This document shows, in pieces, positions 20,834 to 36,090 of a DNA stretch of 64,000 bases. The stretch is from the NCBI RefSeq assembly GCF_009914755.1, contig NC_060936.1. One strand, 5' to 3'. The DNA is from the human T2T-CHM13v2.0 reference genome, Homo sapiens. The notes under the pieces were generated by a model. It was given only the letters and a program-made list of their open reading frames with translations, had not been told where the DNA came from and did no database searches. The position numbers were made by a program, and so were the translations under genes. Within the stretch, counting starts at the first letter, position 1. Every line of letters starts with the position of its first letter.

Positions 20834-22248
20834 TTGTGTAGGGAGGAAACACACATGCAAGAGACAGTGTTCTATTTGATGTTTTCTGGAGATGCTATCG
20901 TGAAGACACTGTAGACTTACCTTTTTAGGCTTAGAAAATGTTTATATTAAATCTCAACTGTCAGAGTCCAGATTGAAGGCTGTTCTAAAGGCATGACCTT
21001 ATTCATCATAACACTTTTGCTGCTAAAACAAGCTTCAGACACATTCAGTACATTTTGTTTTGATCCAATATTTATTTGATCCAGAGGCTTTTCCTTTTGA
21101 AGGGCGTTTTGGAAACAGCCTTATCTGTAATCATGTGTACTAATTGAATAACGTTTACACTTTCCAGTGCAAATTTGCTTAATTTTCAAAGGAAAAAGGG
21201 AAAACAAAAACACTTCTGACATAATCAGTTTTCACTGAGATTGTATAGAATAGAGATTTTCCATCTCCTTTATGAAAAATTCAAATGACATGGCTATTCA
21301 TGAAATACCATATTACATAATTACCAGGTTTTTCACTGAAAACTATTGCCCAAATAGTCTGGGTAAGCAAATTCATCATCACCTCTGGAGATACAGTCTG
21401 TTATAACTAATGAAATCCAGCTAAGATTTGTATTCAAATATTTCCTGACTCTAAAATGAAAGAGTTGCTTTTATAAAATTTTCAAAATTGTGAGAACAGA
21501 TGTGTTTGCCATGTAAAAACATTTTGGTTGTGGGAGGTGGACCACAGCTAACCAATTGTTCACAATAGCTAACATTGTAGAACCTTCAGTATTAAATTCA
21601 CTAACTCACTTCATCATCAAAATTCCCTATGAGGCGTTACTGTGCTCCTTGCATAGGTTACCAAACTGAAGCTTTCTCAGAGTCACATAGCTAAGTAAAT
21701 GTTGGTCCCGAGATTTGACTCCAGTGTTCTCTGATGCCACAGGCCCAGTTCTTTACCTGCAGTACTATCATTTGGGAATAATTTGGTTTCTGCAGCCATA
21801 ATATATAATTTGTGGGTTGCTTTCCTTTCATAGGTATGGACAAACACTATGTCATAAAATCAGAGCTACAACTTAAAAGCCTCTAAATAACACCTTGAGA
21901 TAACAAAACTGTATCTTAGGTTCTAATATATGTGATCATACTATACAGGCAGTCCTTGGTTTGCATAGTAGTCTGGGACAGTAAAAAATGGTCGTGCAAA
22001 CTGAAACCATGCAAAACAAACTTAATAATTAATGGGGAAATTTACAATTGTTTTGTGATCTTTAAATATTTTTGTGAAACATTAAAAAGTCTCTTACTGT
22101 TGGTTATAAATATATATAGAAATGAAAATATAGTAAAACTACTTAGTACTTCATAATTTAAAACATTAGGAACATTGAGAGTTAACCTTTTATTTCTTTG
22201 TAAACAGCTTATCAAGAGTATTTTGATCTTGCCTTCCCATAAAGCTTA

Positions 22249-22602
<354 letters not shown>

Positions 22603-22698
22603 CTATGCTTTGGCAAATTGTCATCCTCATTTCTAAGTTTGGATCACCTTCCAACATTTTATCCTCTGCACTTTAAACATCTGGAAATATCTTTGTGA

Positions 22699-23083
<385 letters not shown>

Positions 23084-23231
23084 CATACTGTACTTTTTCA
23101 TTTAATAGATTGAAAAATTTGCCTCCACTAAATTTCTTTGGGTGCACATCTAAAGTCCCTCAAACAGCATTAGTGTCAACATTTCCATATTCAGTTATTT
23201 CTTCTATAACTCCATTTAGGTAGTTTTGGGG

Positions 23232-23345
23232 ATTTTTTTAGAGGCAGGGTTTCACTATGTTGCCTCAGCTCCTGGGCCCAAGCAATGCTTCTGCCTCAGC
23301 CCCTGGAGTAGCTAGGACTACAGGCACACCCCACTGCACCTGGCT
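23232..23345 (-). mobile_element. Alu monomer (FLAM-like)
   Basis: Antisense monomer. Confidence 0.75.
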
Positions 23346-23997
23346 CCATTTATGTTTTTTTTTTCAGATTTCATTTCCAACATTGTCACTCTTTGTTGCT
23401 GTCCTTTCTTTCTTGTAATTCATTTTTGTAAAACATCACATGGATTTATCACTAGGAGACAAGACAAGGCAACTACATCCTTAGCTGTCTATGAGTGAAC
23501 TGAATAACAGATACCTAGTAACCAATCACTGGCCGACTTTGAATGAAGTGGTGTCATTGGCCGTTGGTCATGATGTTATGTAGTGCTTTTATAGACTGAA
23601 GTGCTGGCAGCAAAGATTGTGCGTTATGCATTGCTCACAATCAATATATTTGGTCATTGAAATTTGGACCATGGTTTGAGGAGTAGCTGGTGTTTTAACT
23701 AAAGCATAGTAACTGAAACTTACCCATATTAGAACCTCGCCAAGAGAGGACTACCATGAAAGTTAAATGAGGGGCATTAGGTTCCATAAAGGATCATAAA
23801 AATACTACTCTACTCTATTATACATTTACATATACACATGTGTATCCTAAAGTAATAAGCTAGTTTTAAAATATTAACCATACTTAATGATTAATATTTA
23901 TTATATCTAATTATAATAATTTTACTTGCCACCTAGGGATTTAGAAGAGTTCAGAGGGATTTAATGTATGATCCAGGAAGTTTGAAAGTTTGAATTG

Positions 23998-24398
<401 letters not shown>

Positions 24399-24810
24399 TT
24401 AAAAAGAAGAAGAAAGAAAAGAAAACACAAGTGCAGAAGGATATGAACACCATGATACTTCTTATAGAACGATAATGTAAACAATATTATTTGGTTATTG
24501 AGAAACATTTACATTATAAATGTAAAAACTCATAATTCATAATATTTACCCATATGGAAGGAGAGAAAATGGTTTAAAATTTTTCCACATTGCAATTTCT
24601 TATATACCTATGTTTAATGAGACAGTATTTTATATGGACACCTGAGTGTTTTTCATCACACGGTAATACTTACATATCACATTATTCAAATTAATTACTA
24701 ATATTTAAAATTCCTATTTTGGACTGAAGGAATTGAATTGACTTATAAGTTGTTCTTTTAGCCCTAAAATTCTGTATGTATTCTTTGACTTTTATATTAG
24801 AAACCATCAA

Positions 24811-25097
24811 AGCTGGGCGTGGTGGCTCCTGCCTATAATCCTAGTACTTTGGGAGGCGGAGGCAGGGGGCTGACATGCGCCTAGGCATTCAACACCAGCC
24901 TGGACAACATAGCAAGACTCTGTCTCTACACACACACAAAATTAGCCAGGTGTGGTGGTGCATACCTGTAGTCCCAGCTACTCAGGACACTGAGGTGGAA
25001 GGATCACTTGAGCCTGAGAGGCAGAGCCTGCAGTAAGCCCTGATTGTGCCACTGCACTCCAGTGTGGGTGACAGAGTGAGACCCTGTCTTAAAAAAA
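24811..25097 (+). mobile_element. Alu (AluJ-like)
   Basis: Full dimer. Confidence 0.9.
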
Positions 25098-25668
25098 GAT
25101 AAAAGCTATCAAATATAGTGCGTGTTTATTTTGGGGACTAAATGCTTATTTTTAAGGGGATGGTTAAAGTACTCAGCATTATTTAGGGAGTTAAAGCCTT
25201 AGGTTTTAAACCTGATTTGGGGTTGAGCTCTGGGAAGGAAAAGATGATTGATTCATAGGCACCCTGATACAGTCACTTATAATCTGAAAAGCAGATGTAC
25301 TCTAAGGCACTCAAAATAAAAATAACACCGGTCCTATGCTTATCTCTTAAAGTCATGTTGTTTTCTGCAAGGTGTTAAAAATCAAAATAAGATTGTTCTA
25401 ATAACATTGAAGTTTCTTCAGTATATGTGTATGATACAAGCGAAATTGATGGGTAACTACTTGCAGTATAATTCTTTTAGAATTATGTACTTTTAGATTG
25501 ACTTACCAGAACTGCTGAAATAAAAAACACTCCAATTTAATTTGAAATAGTGGGAACATTGGCTCTGCTGCAGTGATTTTAAGTGTATACATGCCCGACT
25601 GTGAATGGATTAAGTTCATCATTGGTGCTGCCTTGAGGTGATTCAGAAACTTTCTTTTGCCATTGCAG

Positions 25669-26763
25669 GTAGAGCGGGAAAAGGCCATTCTTTTGGCCAA
25701 CCTACAGGAGTCACAGACACAGCTGGAACACACCAAGGGGGCACTGACGGAGCAGCATGAGCGGGTGCACCGGCTCACAGAGCACGTCAATGCCATGAGG
25801 GGCCTGCAAAGCAGCAAGGAGCTCAAGGCTGAGCTGGACGGGGAGAAGGGCCGGGACTCAGGGGAGGAGGCCCATGACTATGAGGTGGACATCAATGGTT
25901 TAGAGATCCTTGAATGCAAATACAGGGTGGCAGTAACTGAGGTGATTGATCTGAAAGCTGAAATTAAGGCCTTAAAGGAGAAATATAATAAATCTGTAGA
26001 AAACTACACTGATGAGAAGGCCAAGTATGAGAGTAAAATCCAGATGTATGATGAGCAGGTGACAAGCCTTGAGAAGACCACCAAGGAGAGTGGTGAGAAG
26101 ATGGCCCACATGGAGAAGGAGTTGCAAAAGATGACCAGCATAGCCAACGAAAATCACAGTACCCTTAATACGGCCCAGGATGAGTTAGTGACATTCAGTG
26201 AGGAGTTAGCTCAGCTTTACCACCATGTGTGTCTATGTAATAATGAAACTCCCAACAGGGTCATGCTGGATTACTATAGGCAGAGCAGAGTCACCCGCAG
26301 TGGCAGCCTGAAAGGGCCCGATGATCCCAGAGGACTTTTGTCCCCACGATTAGCCAGGCGGGGTGTGTCATCCCCGGTAGAAACAAGGACCTCATCTGAA
26401 CCAGTTGCAAAAGAAAGCACAGAGGCCAGCAAAGAACCAAGTCCAACTAAGACCCCCACAATCTCTCCTGTTATTACTGCCCCACCGTCATCTCCAGTAT
26501 TGGATACAAGTGACATCCGCAAAGAGCCAATGAATATCTACAACCTTAATGCCATAATCCGGGACCAAATCAAGCATCTGCAGAAAGCTGTGGACCGGTC
26601 CTTGCAACTGTCTCGTCAAAGAGCAGCGGCTCGGGAGCTAGCCCCCATGATTGATAAAGACAAGGAAGCCTTAATGGAAGAGATCCTCAAGCTAAAGTCC
26701 CTGCTGAGCACCAAACGGGAGCAGATCGCCACATTGAGGGCGGTGTTGAAAGCCAACAAGCAG
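25669..26763 (+). CDS. BICD1: BICD1 coding exon (probably exon 5), 1095 nt, phase 0-0; CC2, Ser/Pro/Thr-rich linker, start of CC3
   Basis: Acceptor tttcttttgccattgcag|GTAGAG, donor AAGCAG|gtaatc. 365 open codons VEREKAILL...LYHHVCLCNNETPNRVMLDYY...LRAVLKANKQ. Confidence 0.98.
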
Positions 26764-27299
26764 GTAATCTCATTCTACTGGTGAAAGCATGCCAGTCAAA
26801 GCTTTCTTAACTAATTTATTCCCTAATTTTATTGAGTATCGAGTATCGTCAAGATGAGAGTTCAGATTCTTGGTAAGTGGATAAATAAAACTGTCCCAGT
26901 GCCAGATCAGAATGTCATAATAATTATTGTTTTTAAATGATGAAATACCTGTGCCCAGTTAGGTGGAGGCAGAGGTGAGGAACTTAAAGCAGGAACACAG
27001 GAGAAGATCTAGATGCCTTTCTGCAGATGTAGAAAGGCAGCTCAGGCGGTGCTGGGCTGAAGCCTGGCAGTGAGTGGCTGTGGAAACAGGAGATGGAGGG
27101 TGGCAGAATAGGCTGGCAAGGCAGGTTACACCAACCAGGGCGATACAGCAAGAAAGACAAACACCCAGCAGGCAGCTAGAGCAAACAGAGGGAAATCTGG
27201 GTACATATGGTGAAGAAGGTCTGATGGCCAATAACTGGACCCCAGCTTTGGAGCTGGAGGTTCAGATTCAAGACTCAATTTCTAGGAGTATAGCAAAAT

Positions 27300-27604
27300 T
27301 ATTATTATTATTTTTTTTTATTTTTGTTTTGAGACAGAGTCTCGCTCTGTTGTCCAGGCTGGAGTGCAGTGGCGCCATCTCTGCTCACTGCAACCTCCGC
27401 CTCCTGGGTTCAAGCGATTCTCATGCCTCAGCCTCCGAAGCAGCTGAGATTACAGGCATGTGCCACCATGCCTGGCTAACTTTTTGTGGAGACAGAATTT
27501 CACCATATTGTCTAGGCTGGTCTCAAACTCCTGACCTCAAGTGATCCGCCCACCTCGGCCTCCCAAAGTGCTGGGATTACAGGCATGAACCACCGCGCCC
27601 AGCC
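27300..27604 (-). mobile_element. Alu (AluS)
   Basis: Antisense dimer, TSD agtatagcaa(a/g)att. Confidence 0.92.
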
Positions 27605-28499
27605 AAGTATAGCAAGATTAAAAGGAGTGTTTTGTCCTTCATCCCAAACTTAGAGAAACAAGAGCGCTAAATAAATGAATAAGTCAGGGATGAAAGGCAA
27701 GACAACTGTGAGGACCTGAGTGAGTAACAGAAACAAAGCCAGACAGATTGTTACCAACAAATTAAATAGTTTGGGGCCACTTTAGCAAGGAAATAATAGA
27801 GAGTGTGTGTGAGAGAGTATAAGAATGAGCTCTACCTGTGCTACTGACCACGTATCTGAAATTTAGGTTCATTTGGGATGTTAACCCACCTGGGTCAGAG
27901 GTTAAGTAATAGGGAGCTTTTCCTAGCTATTGATCTTGTCCTTCTGGACAAGTAGTAATGTTACAACATGAACCTGTCTAATTCCCAGCCCTCCTTAATG
28001 ACTGAAATTGTTTTCACCCTGAGTTTTACCTTGGTGGGAGTGCTGCGAAATATAGGCAGGAAAATTATTTTCACCTTTATTTAGTTTATCTGAAAAGATA
28101 TTCTTGAAAGACACATATTTGAGAAAGGTGCTGAATAAATGTTGGTGTTGATAAAGAGAAGCAACAAAGCACCAAATACCCTCCTGCAAACGCAAGCAGT
28201 GCCAGTGAATAGTAGGTCAAGGGAGCTCTTGGTCTTTGGAGAATGAGGATTAATTTCAGATTCAGAGTGTCTTCTCCATTTGCCATCATCTGGGGAAAAC
28301 CACGCCCTTATTATCTCATCTACAGTGCAGCTTTCAAGTCCTCATCTCTAGTTCCCATAAATCTATTTATATAATTGACATCTATACCATAAGCCATAAT
28401 ATTGTTTGCACTATTAACATGTTTTATATAAACCTAAGGGCAAAATATGACTTTATTTTATGTTGTCACTTTAGAGAAATAGAAAAGATTAGAGTGAAT

Positions 28500-28816
28500 G
28501 AAACCATCATTCTCAGCAAACTATCGCAAGGACAAAAAACCGAACACCACAAGTTCTCGCTCATAGGTGGGAATCGAACAATGAGAACACATGGACACAG
28601 GAAGGGGAACATCACACACCGGGGCCTGTTGTGGGGTGGGGGGAGGGGAGAGGGATAGCATTAGGAGATTTACCTAATGTAAATGACGAGTTAATGGGTG
28701 CAGCACACCAACATGGCACATGTATACATATGTAACAAACCTGTACGTTGTGCACATGTACCCTAGAACTTAAAGTAAATTAAAATATATATATATAAAA
28801 TAAATAAAATAAAAAA
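28500..28816 (+). mobile_element. 5'-truncated L1PA 3' end (~320 bp), sense to BICD1
   Basis: L1PA ORF2 end plus 3' UTR and A tail; direct repeat AGAAAAGATTAGAGTGAATGAA at 28481-28502 and 28817-28838. Confidence 0.93.
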
Positions 28817-29059
28817 AGAAAAGATTAGAGTGAATGAAGAATTTGTGAGAGATCTGACTCTAATTTTAGGTCGGAATAAAGGAATTTATTATTGTAACTC
28901 TGCTATAATTTAAAGACCCAATGATTCAGAGTGGTCATAAATAACCAATACCATATTAGATAAGGCTTACACAAGGACATGCTATCCTGGGGCATTCTTG
29001 ATCAAGCCATCCAGATAACTTCTCTGACTTCTTCCTAAAGGTTGAATATTAACAATTTA

Positions 29060-29356
29060 GGTCTGGGCGCAATGGCTCACGCCTGTAATGCCAGCACTTT
29101 GGGAGGCCAAGGCCAGTGGATCACTTGAGGTCAGGAGTTTGAGACCAGCCTGACCAACATGGAGAAACACCGTCCCTACTAAAAATACAAAATTAACCAG
29201 GCGTGGTGGCGGGTGCCTGTAATCCCAGCTACTCGGGAGGCTGAGGCAGGAGAATCACTTGAACCCCGGGGGGCGGAGGTTGCGGTGAGCCTAGATTGCA
29301 TGATTGCACTCCAGCCTGGGCAACAAGAGCGAAAATCTGTCTTAAAAAAAAAAAAA
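29060..29356 (+). mobile_element. Alu (AluSp-like)
   Basis: Full dimer. Confidence 0.92.
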
Positions 29357-29638
29357 TCAAGATGCTTAACTGAAACAGAGGTATAGATAAGGACACTTGG
29401 CCAACCAACAGAGACTAATTTGTGAACAAGCATTCATTGATTACATATTTTCTGGGAGGCAGTAAGTAGGGATGCAAAAATAAATGACATAATCTAGTAG
29501 GAATTCCGCAATTGCCTGTAGCTGTTTACAAGACAGGACTTATCAAGCACTTTAGAGTGATGTAAACAGTACCACAGGAAATCAGAACAGAACAAAGCAT
29601 TCCTAGCTGAAGTTTTATTTTCACTGTGCTTTGTGGTA

Positions 29639-29966
29639 CAGGTTGAGTATCCCTTTTCCGAAATGTTTTGGGGGACAAGAAATGTTTCAGATTTTGGATT
29701 TTGGACATTTGCATATATACATAATGAGTTATCTTGGGGATGGGATCCAGGTCCAAACATGAAATTTACTTATGTTTCATGTATTCCTATATACATAGCC
29801 TGAAGGTAATTTTATACAATTTTTTTAATGATTCCGTGGCTGAAACAAAGTTTTGACTGCCACTCATGACATGAGGTCAGGTGTAGAATTTTGTGGCTCA
29901 TGTCAGCACTCAAAAGGTTTCAGATTTTGAAGCATTTTGGATTTTGGATTAAGGATGCTCAACCTG
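29639..29966. mobile_element. Tigger4b/MER46-like MITE
   Basis: TIRs caggttgagtatccc / aaggatgctcaacctg with TA flanks. Confidence 0.85.
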
Positions 29967-30232
29967 TACCATTTGCATTACATTAGAGTTACAGTCTATA
30001 TGGGCTCAGTAAATTAAATGAAAACACATTTCTAGCAATGCATTTGGTCTGCACGTTCATGATGTTGGGGCTGTTGCTGTGATGCTTATTGCCGTAAATA
30101 GCTTCAAGTATTAACAGATGACATTCACTATATTTATTTAGACATTGTGAAATGTTTGTTTTTAAGGTTAAGGTGAGAATTCTGGGGTACAGGGGAAAAA
30201 AGGAAATCTCCCTGTTTTAAAATAGGCATTCT

Positions 30233-30603
30233 ACTATACAGCCATAAGAAAGAAAAGAATGAGATCATGTCATTTACAGGGACATGGTTGGAGCTGGAGA
30301 CCATTATCCTTAGCAAACTAACACAGGAACAGAAAACCAGATACCGCATGTTCTCACTTATAAGTGGGAGCTAAATGATGAGAGCAAATAGACACATAGA
30401 GGGGAACAACACACACTGGTTCCTGTTGGAGGCTGAAGGATGAGAGGAAGGAGATGATCAGGAAAAATAACAAATGGATACTAGGCTTACATACCTGGTG
30501 AAGAAATAATTGGTACAACAAACCCCCATGACACACATTTACCTATGTAACAAACCTGCACATCCTGCAGCTGTACCCCTGAACTTAAAAGTTAAAAATA
30601 AAT
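30233..30603 (+). mobile_element. Older L1PA/L1PB 3' end (~370 bp)
   Basis: L1 3' motifs; 13-bp TSD AAATAGGCATTCT (30220-30232, 30604-30616). Confidence 0.88.
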
Positions 30604-30679
30604 AAATAGGCATTCTGTAGTCTCTATGAATCTTCTCATTTACTTAAGGATTTTTTCATAGGCACAGTGCCTTCTGATG

Positions 30680-31070
30680 AAGTCAGTAAATGCTTATGAA
30701 GCACCGTCCATCTAGCACTGTGCTAGATGCTGAAGATTCAAAGAAGACTAACACATGGTCCCTGCCTTCCAGAAGACTCAGCCTCCTGGGGATGTCAGGA
30801 TAGAAACACAATTACAGTTCAACGTTACACATGCTGTAATCCAAGTTATGAGAACAATGCAGAGGAAGCAACTAAGGTTTCCTAGAGGAGCGGAAAAGAC
30901 TTCACAGAAGCAATTATACCTTAGTTTGTTATTAAAGGATAAGAAGTTGTTTTCCAGAGGAGGAGGAAGTAATTCCAGACAGAACAGTAGGTAGAGAGGC
31001 TTTGGAGTGACAAAATAGAATAATATATTCAGGGAATGCTCACAAAGGCCTATGTGGCTGGAAATAAGAC
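30680..31070 (-). mobile_element. L2 fragment
   Basis: gcactgtgctagatgctgaagat...catggtccctgcc L2 3' motif. Confidence 0.5.
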
Positions 31071-32723
31071 TTTTTTTATTTAGAAAGTCAACTTTGGAAT
31101 GTGTGGAGAAAGTGGTGAAAGCAGAAATCAGCAAATCCAGTGAGTTATGGATACTTAAAATTACTTAATTCTGGAAAAACTTTGCACAGTCAATGGACAA
31201 ACAAATCTACAAACAAAACTGAGGCTTTGGGGTATTTGTCACAAACAATAAATGATTTTGTATTTCTGTTTCAGATCTAGCTCTTCTGTTATCCCCCATT
31301 TTATTCCCCTTAGATACTGACCATGGGATTCTATGTGCTTACAAATTTGTTACATCTACATTTCACAACTTAAACATACTTTTCTGTTTTAAATGAATAT
31401 GTGTCTAAGCTTTTTAAACACTAAACAACTGCCGTTTTTCCCCAGGTCAATTTCTGCCTTGTGGATAATTTTCTGAATCTGTAATATTTCTGAAGATTCC
31501 TCCAAGTATTTACAGAACATACAGAAGTATTTTATGAGTAAAGTCTCATTTTAATCTGAATTTAAATCCAATCAAAACTCACAAGAAACTACTTCGGAAT
31601 CAAAACAGTAACAAAGTACCCTATCCCAACATTGATTTAATTAAGAAAGAATTTATTTCTATAGATGTTGGCACTTTGCATATGAAGGTTTGAAGCTGCC
31701 CATTTCAAGCAACAAAAAGAAATGTTAAAAACCAAGGTAGTCTTCCTGGGAAATCCCGTTAGTAATGGATTTCTCTGCTAGTAATGGGGTTGTTCATTAG
31801 TATGGGGTATTTGTATACACTTTGAAAAGTTATAGTTTCCAGTTTGTAAAAATCATGTGTTCCCAGTTTGGCTTCAACATGCAAACTGTGTGCTATGCAT
31901 CAAACAGGCAATCCCTAAGTATACACTGATTTTATGCATTGATTCAGTCAGTGTGTTTTTTTACTTGTGTGTGTGCCAGGGTAGCTCTTGATTTGAAACA
32001 CTATTAATTCCAAGAACTTCGGACATGCCCAAATCCCAGATTCAAACAAATGTTTTAACTCATTCAACATTTTATAACCCCTACTTTTATGGAGATTTTG
32101 AAGGAATTATATTTCACTATATTTCATTGTTTGGACAAATTGTATGCAAATTAGAAAGTAATTAGTTCTTTATCACTTCTTTTCCTTAAATGTATGATAA
32201 CAAGGATTTATAGTTTATCATATACTCATATTATAAATTACAATGGTGTATGTCTTTTATTCTATGTTTTGGGCCCACAGAGCACAGGTGACAAAATTTG
32301 AGTTCTAACATATTCCAATTTGATTATTCCTATTGAAGCTGTGCTTCTTTACTAAATAATTGGTAAAAAAATTTTTTTTGTATAAAGTTTCATTTTGGCT
32401 CCCTCCTTGTCCTAAAATCGCATACTTTCAGCAATCTGCATTAAATATTTATTAAACTACTGTCATTCTCTTAGCTCCTGATACTGACTCTGGCTCGCAG
32501 CGGGCTTCTAGGGCAATTTAACCACATTATGAATTCACAACACATTTTGACATTAAAGAAAAACTTCCCTGTGTCCAAAGCGCATACCTATGTTTATATA
32601 AAATGTAACCAAATCAATTTCACTTTCCTTTTATAAAAGAACATAATAGGCACAGCATGAAGCAATCTGTATGATGGATTTTCCTGATATGAAAATTGTA
32701 AGCAGTGTGATTTTCTGCTTTAG

Positions 32724-32876
<153 letters not shown>

Positions 32877-33362
32877 TAACAGTATTTTCTTCCTATGACT
32901 GGGTGTGGTAGGTGGGGTAAAGGCTTTAAAATTCACAGCCCTGCCTTTGTGCATGTTGAGTGTATTCGGTGAGTAGTCTAGGATGGCTAAGTGTGAAGAA
33001 AATCTGTGGAAGTCCACTCTGACGTATCTAAAAGCAAGCCTTCTGTGCTGTTTTCCAGAGCCCCCTACTGAACACTCTGGATCCAGAAATTCTATTACAT
33101 AAAAATATTTTTTAAGTAAGCTAATATTAATAGGTTGTTTCTAGAATTTATGCACCCCAAAGAGAGTCTCCCTCCAAATAAAAAGCTTTCAATAAGGAAA
33201 AAAACCCCACTTCCTAGAATAGCTAAATATTATCACCTCTGAAATAGAGTTCTGTGAAGGAAGTACATGAAAGTATATAAAAGTGCCTTACCTTTAGTAC
33301 TGTGCGAGAAGATACTGTCATAATGAAGATTAATAATCATCACATCAGCTAATTACTTATAA

Positions 33363-33656
<294 letters not shown>

Positions 33657-33788
33657 TGTATTTTGTGTTTAAACATGAAGTGATTGTTAAGAATGTATTT
33701 GATTTGAAGTTTTCAGAATCTTGAGATTTTCAATATACTGTTGAAATACATTTTTTGCTGTCACAATGCAGTGTCAAAAAAGACCTAC

Positions 33789-34092
33789 TTTTTTTTTTTT
33801 TTTTTTTGAGATAGGGTCTCACTCTGTCACCCAGGCTGAAGTGCAGTGGCGCTATCTCGGTTCACTGCAGCCTGGACATCCTGGACTCAAGCAATCCTCC
33901 CACGTCACCTCAGCCTCCCGAGTACCTAGGACTGCAGGCTTGCACTACCACACCCGCTAATTTTTGTGGTTTTTGTGGAGGCAGGGTCTCGCCATGTTGC
34001 CCAGGCTGGTCTCAAACTCCTGGGCTCAAGAGATCCGCCCACCTCGGCCTCCAAAAGTCCTGAGATACGGGTATGAGCCACCATGCCCGACC
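33789..34092 (-). mobile_element. Alu (AluJ-like)
   Basis: Antisense dimer. Confidence 0.9.
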
Positions 34093-34265
34093 AAATCCTA
34101 CCAATTGTGTATCTTGTATGATGCAAACTTGGTGCAAAATTCACGAATAATTACTATGGCTTTACTTGCAGATTTAGTAAATAATTTACATTTGGCTGAT
34201 ACATGTAAAAGTGTTAAAAACAAACAAAAAAAGATCTCTTGAGCTTTATAGGAGTCCCCCAGAAA

Positions 34266-34325
34266 CTGAGATCACACCACTGTACTCCAGCCTGGGTGAC
34301 AGAGCGAGACTCCGTCTCAAAAATA
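34266..34325 (+). mobile_element. Alu 3' fragment
   Basis: gagatcacaccactgtactccagcctgggtgacagagcgagactccgtctcaaaa. Confidence 0.8.
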
Positions 34326-35022
34326 ATAATAATTTTTTATAAAAAGGAATTGTTATCCCCAAATTGTCTATTTTCACAGACTTTTTTTTGGCATGAACAG
34401 TATTTGTTATTCATATTTTAGCGGGTAAATAAACTCAGAAAAAAAACAAAACAAAATTCAGAATGAGCTTTTTCTCCACGCCACCTCTACCTTCCAAATG
34501 TATATGTGCCAGGTTTTGCCTTTGGTAAGGAAAAAAGATCACTAAGCTTATCTTTCTCCTTCGGCACAAGTATGAAACCTGAATAAAGATGTTTCGGACA
34601 GCCTGCTGTATCTGTATGAAACCTTGTGAAATCTTGGTTTTTGCAGGGTTTTCTGTTTTTTGTTTTTTGACAACTCATTGCTCTGTCATCTGGTTGAGAA
34701 ATCATTGAAAATACTCAGTTTTCTAATTCAGGCAAATCAGTCAAATTGACAAGACCAACAGCTGCAATCTATACTAAACTAAAACGTATAAATATAGATA
34801 AGGAAATGTTTTCTTTATAAACATTATTATTTTGGATACTATAGGCATAGCCTATAATAAACTTGTTACATTCCTCCAAAGAATACAATGTCATACAGTA
34901 AAAAGAGCTACTGTAAGACACTTCAGGTATAGTGGACATTGTGTGAGACTTGACTGTTATTCGTCTGTTACACAGCAGCCCCACGATAACTCTGTCCCTG
35001 GGGTTTAAGACATTGCCTATTA

Positions 35023-35502
<480 letters not shown>

Positions 35503-35707
35503 TTAAAAATGTCCCATATATCTCATTGTATGGATGAACATATATTCCAGTTTTCTGCTATTGTGGGTTATCTACATTCTATTGCTAGACCTTTAAACCA
35601 GTCTTCTAAATTTCTAAATTTCGGTCAAATTTATTACTTTTCAGCTTAACTCCCAAATTCAGTTTCACCAAGATTTTCCTCTGACCACTTCTCTGTTTTG
35701 GTTCCAG

Positions 35708-36025
35708 ATGTGATGAATATGTCACCCAGTTGGATGAGATGCAGAGACAGTTAGCAGCTGCAGAGGATGAGAAGAAGACTCTGAACACTTTGTTACGAAT
35801 GGCTATCCAGCAAAAACTCGCCCTGACCCAGAGGCTGGAGGACTTAGAGTTTGACCATGAGCAGTCCCGACGCAGCAAAGGCAAACTTGGAAAGAGCAAG
35901 ATCGGCAGCCCTAAAGTAAGTGGGGAGGCATCAGTCACCGTGCCCACCATAGACACTTACCTCCTGCATAGTCAGGGCCCACAGACACCCAACATTCGGG
36001 TCAGCAGTGGCACTCAGAGGAAAAG
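35708..36025 (+). CDS. BICD1: BICD1 coding exon (probably exon 7), long form 318 nt; internal alternative donor after 35915 gives a 208-nt form
   Basis: Acceptor tctctgttttggttccag|ATGTGAT. Encodes (R)[51 protein letters not shown]...GSPK. Donors AAA|gtaagt (35915) and AAG|gtatgc (36025). Confidence 0.95.
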
Positions 36026-36084
36026 GTATGCATGCAGCGATCTTCATAGTACGGTGCAGTGGCCAGATTTTAGTTAACTGCAAA

Positions 36085-36090
36085 AATAAA
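36085..36090 (+). terminator. Candidate intronic polyadenylation signal AATAAA
   Basis: 7 nt after the TAA (36075-36077) that closes the exon-7 read-through frame. Confidence 0.35.

Noticed and set aside
27074-27544. 156-aa ORF after exon 5
   Set aside because: GTG start, second half is Alu-derived, first half has no recognisable homology.
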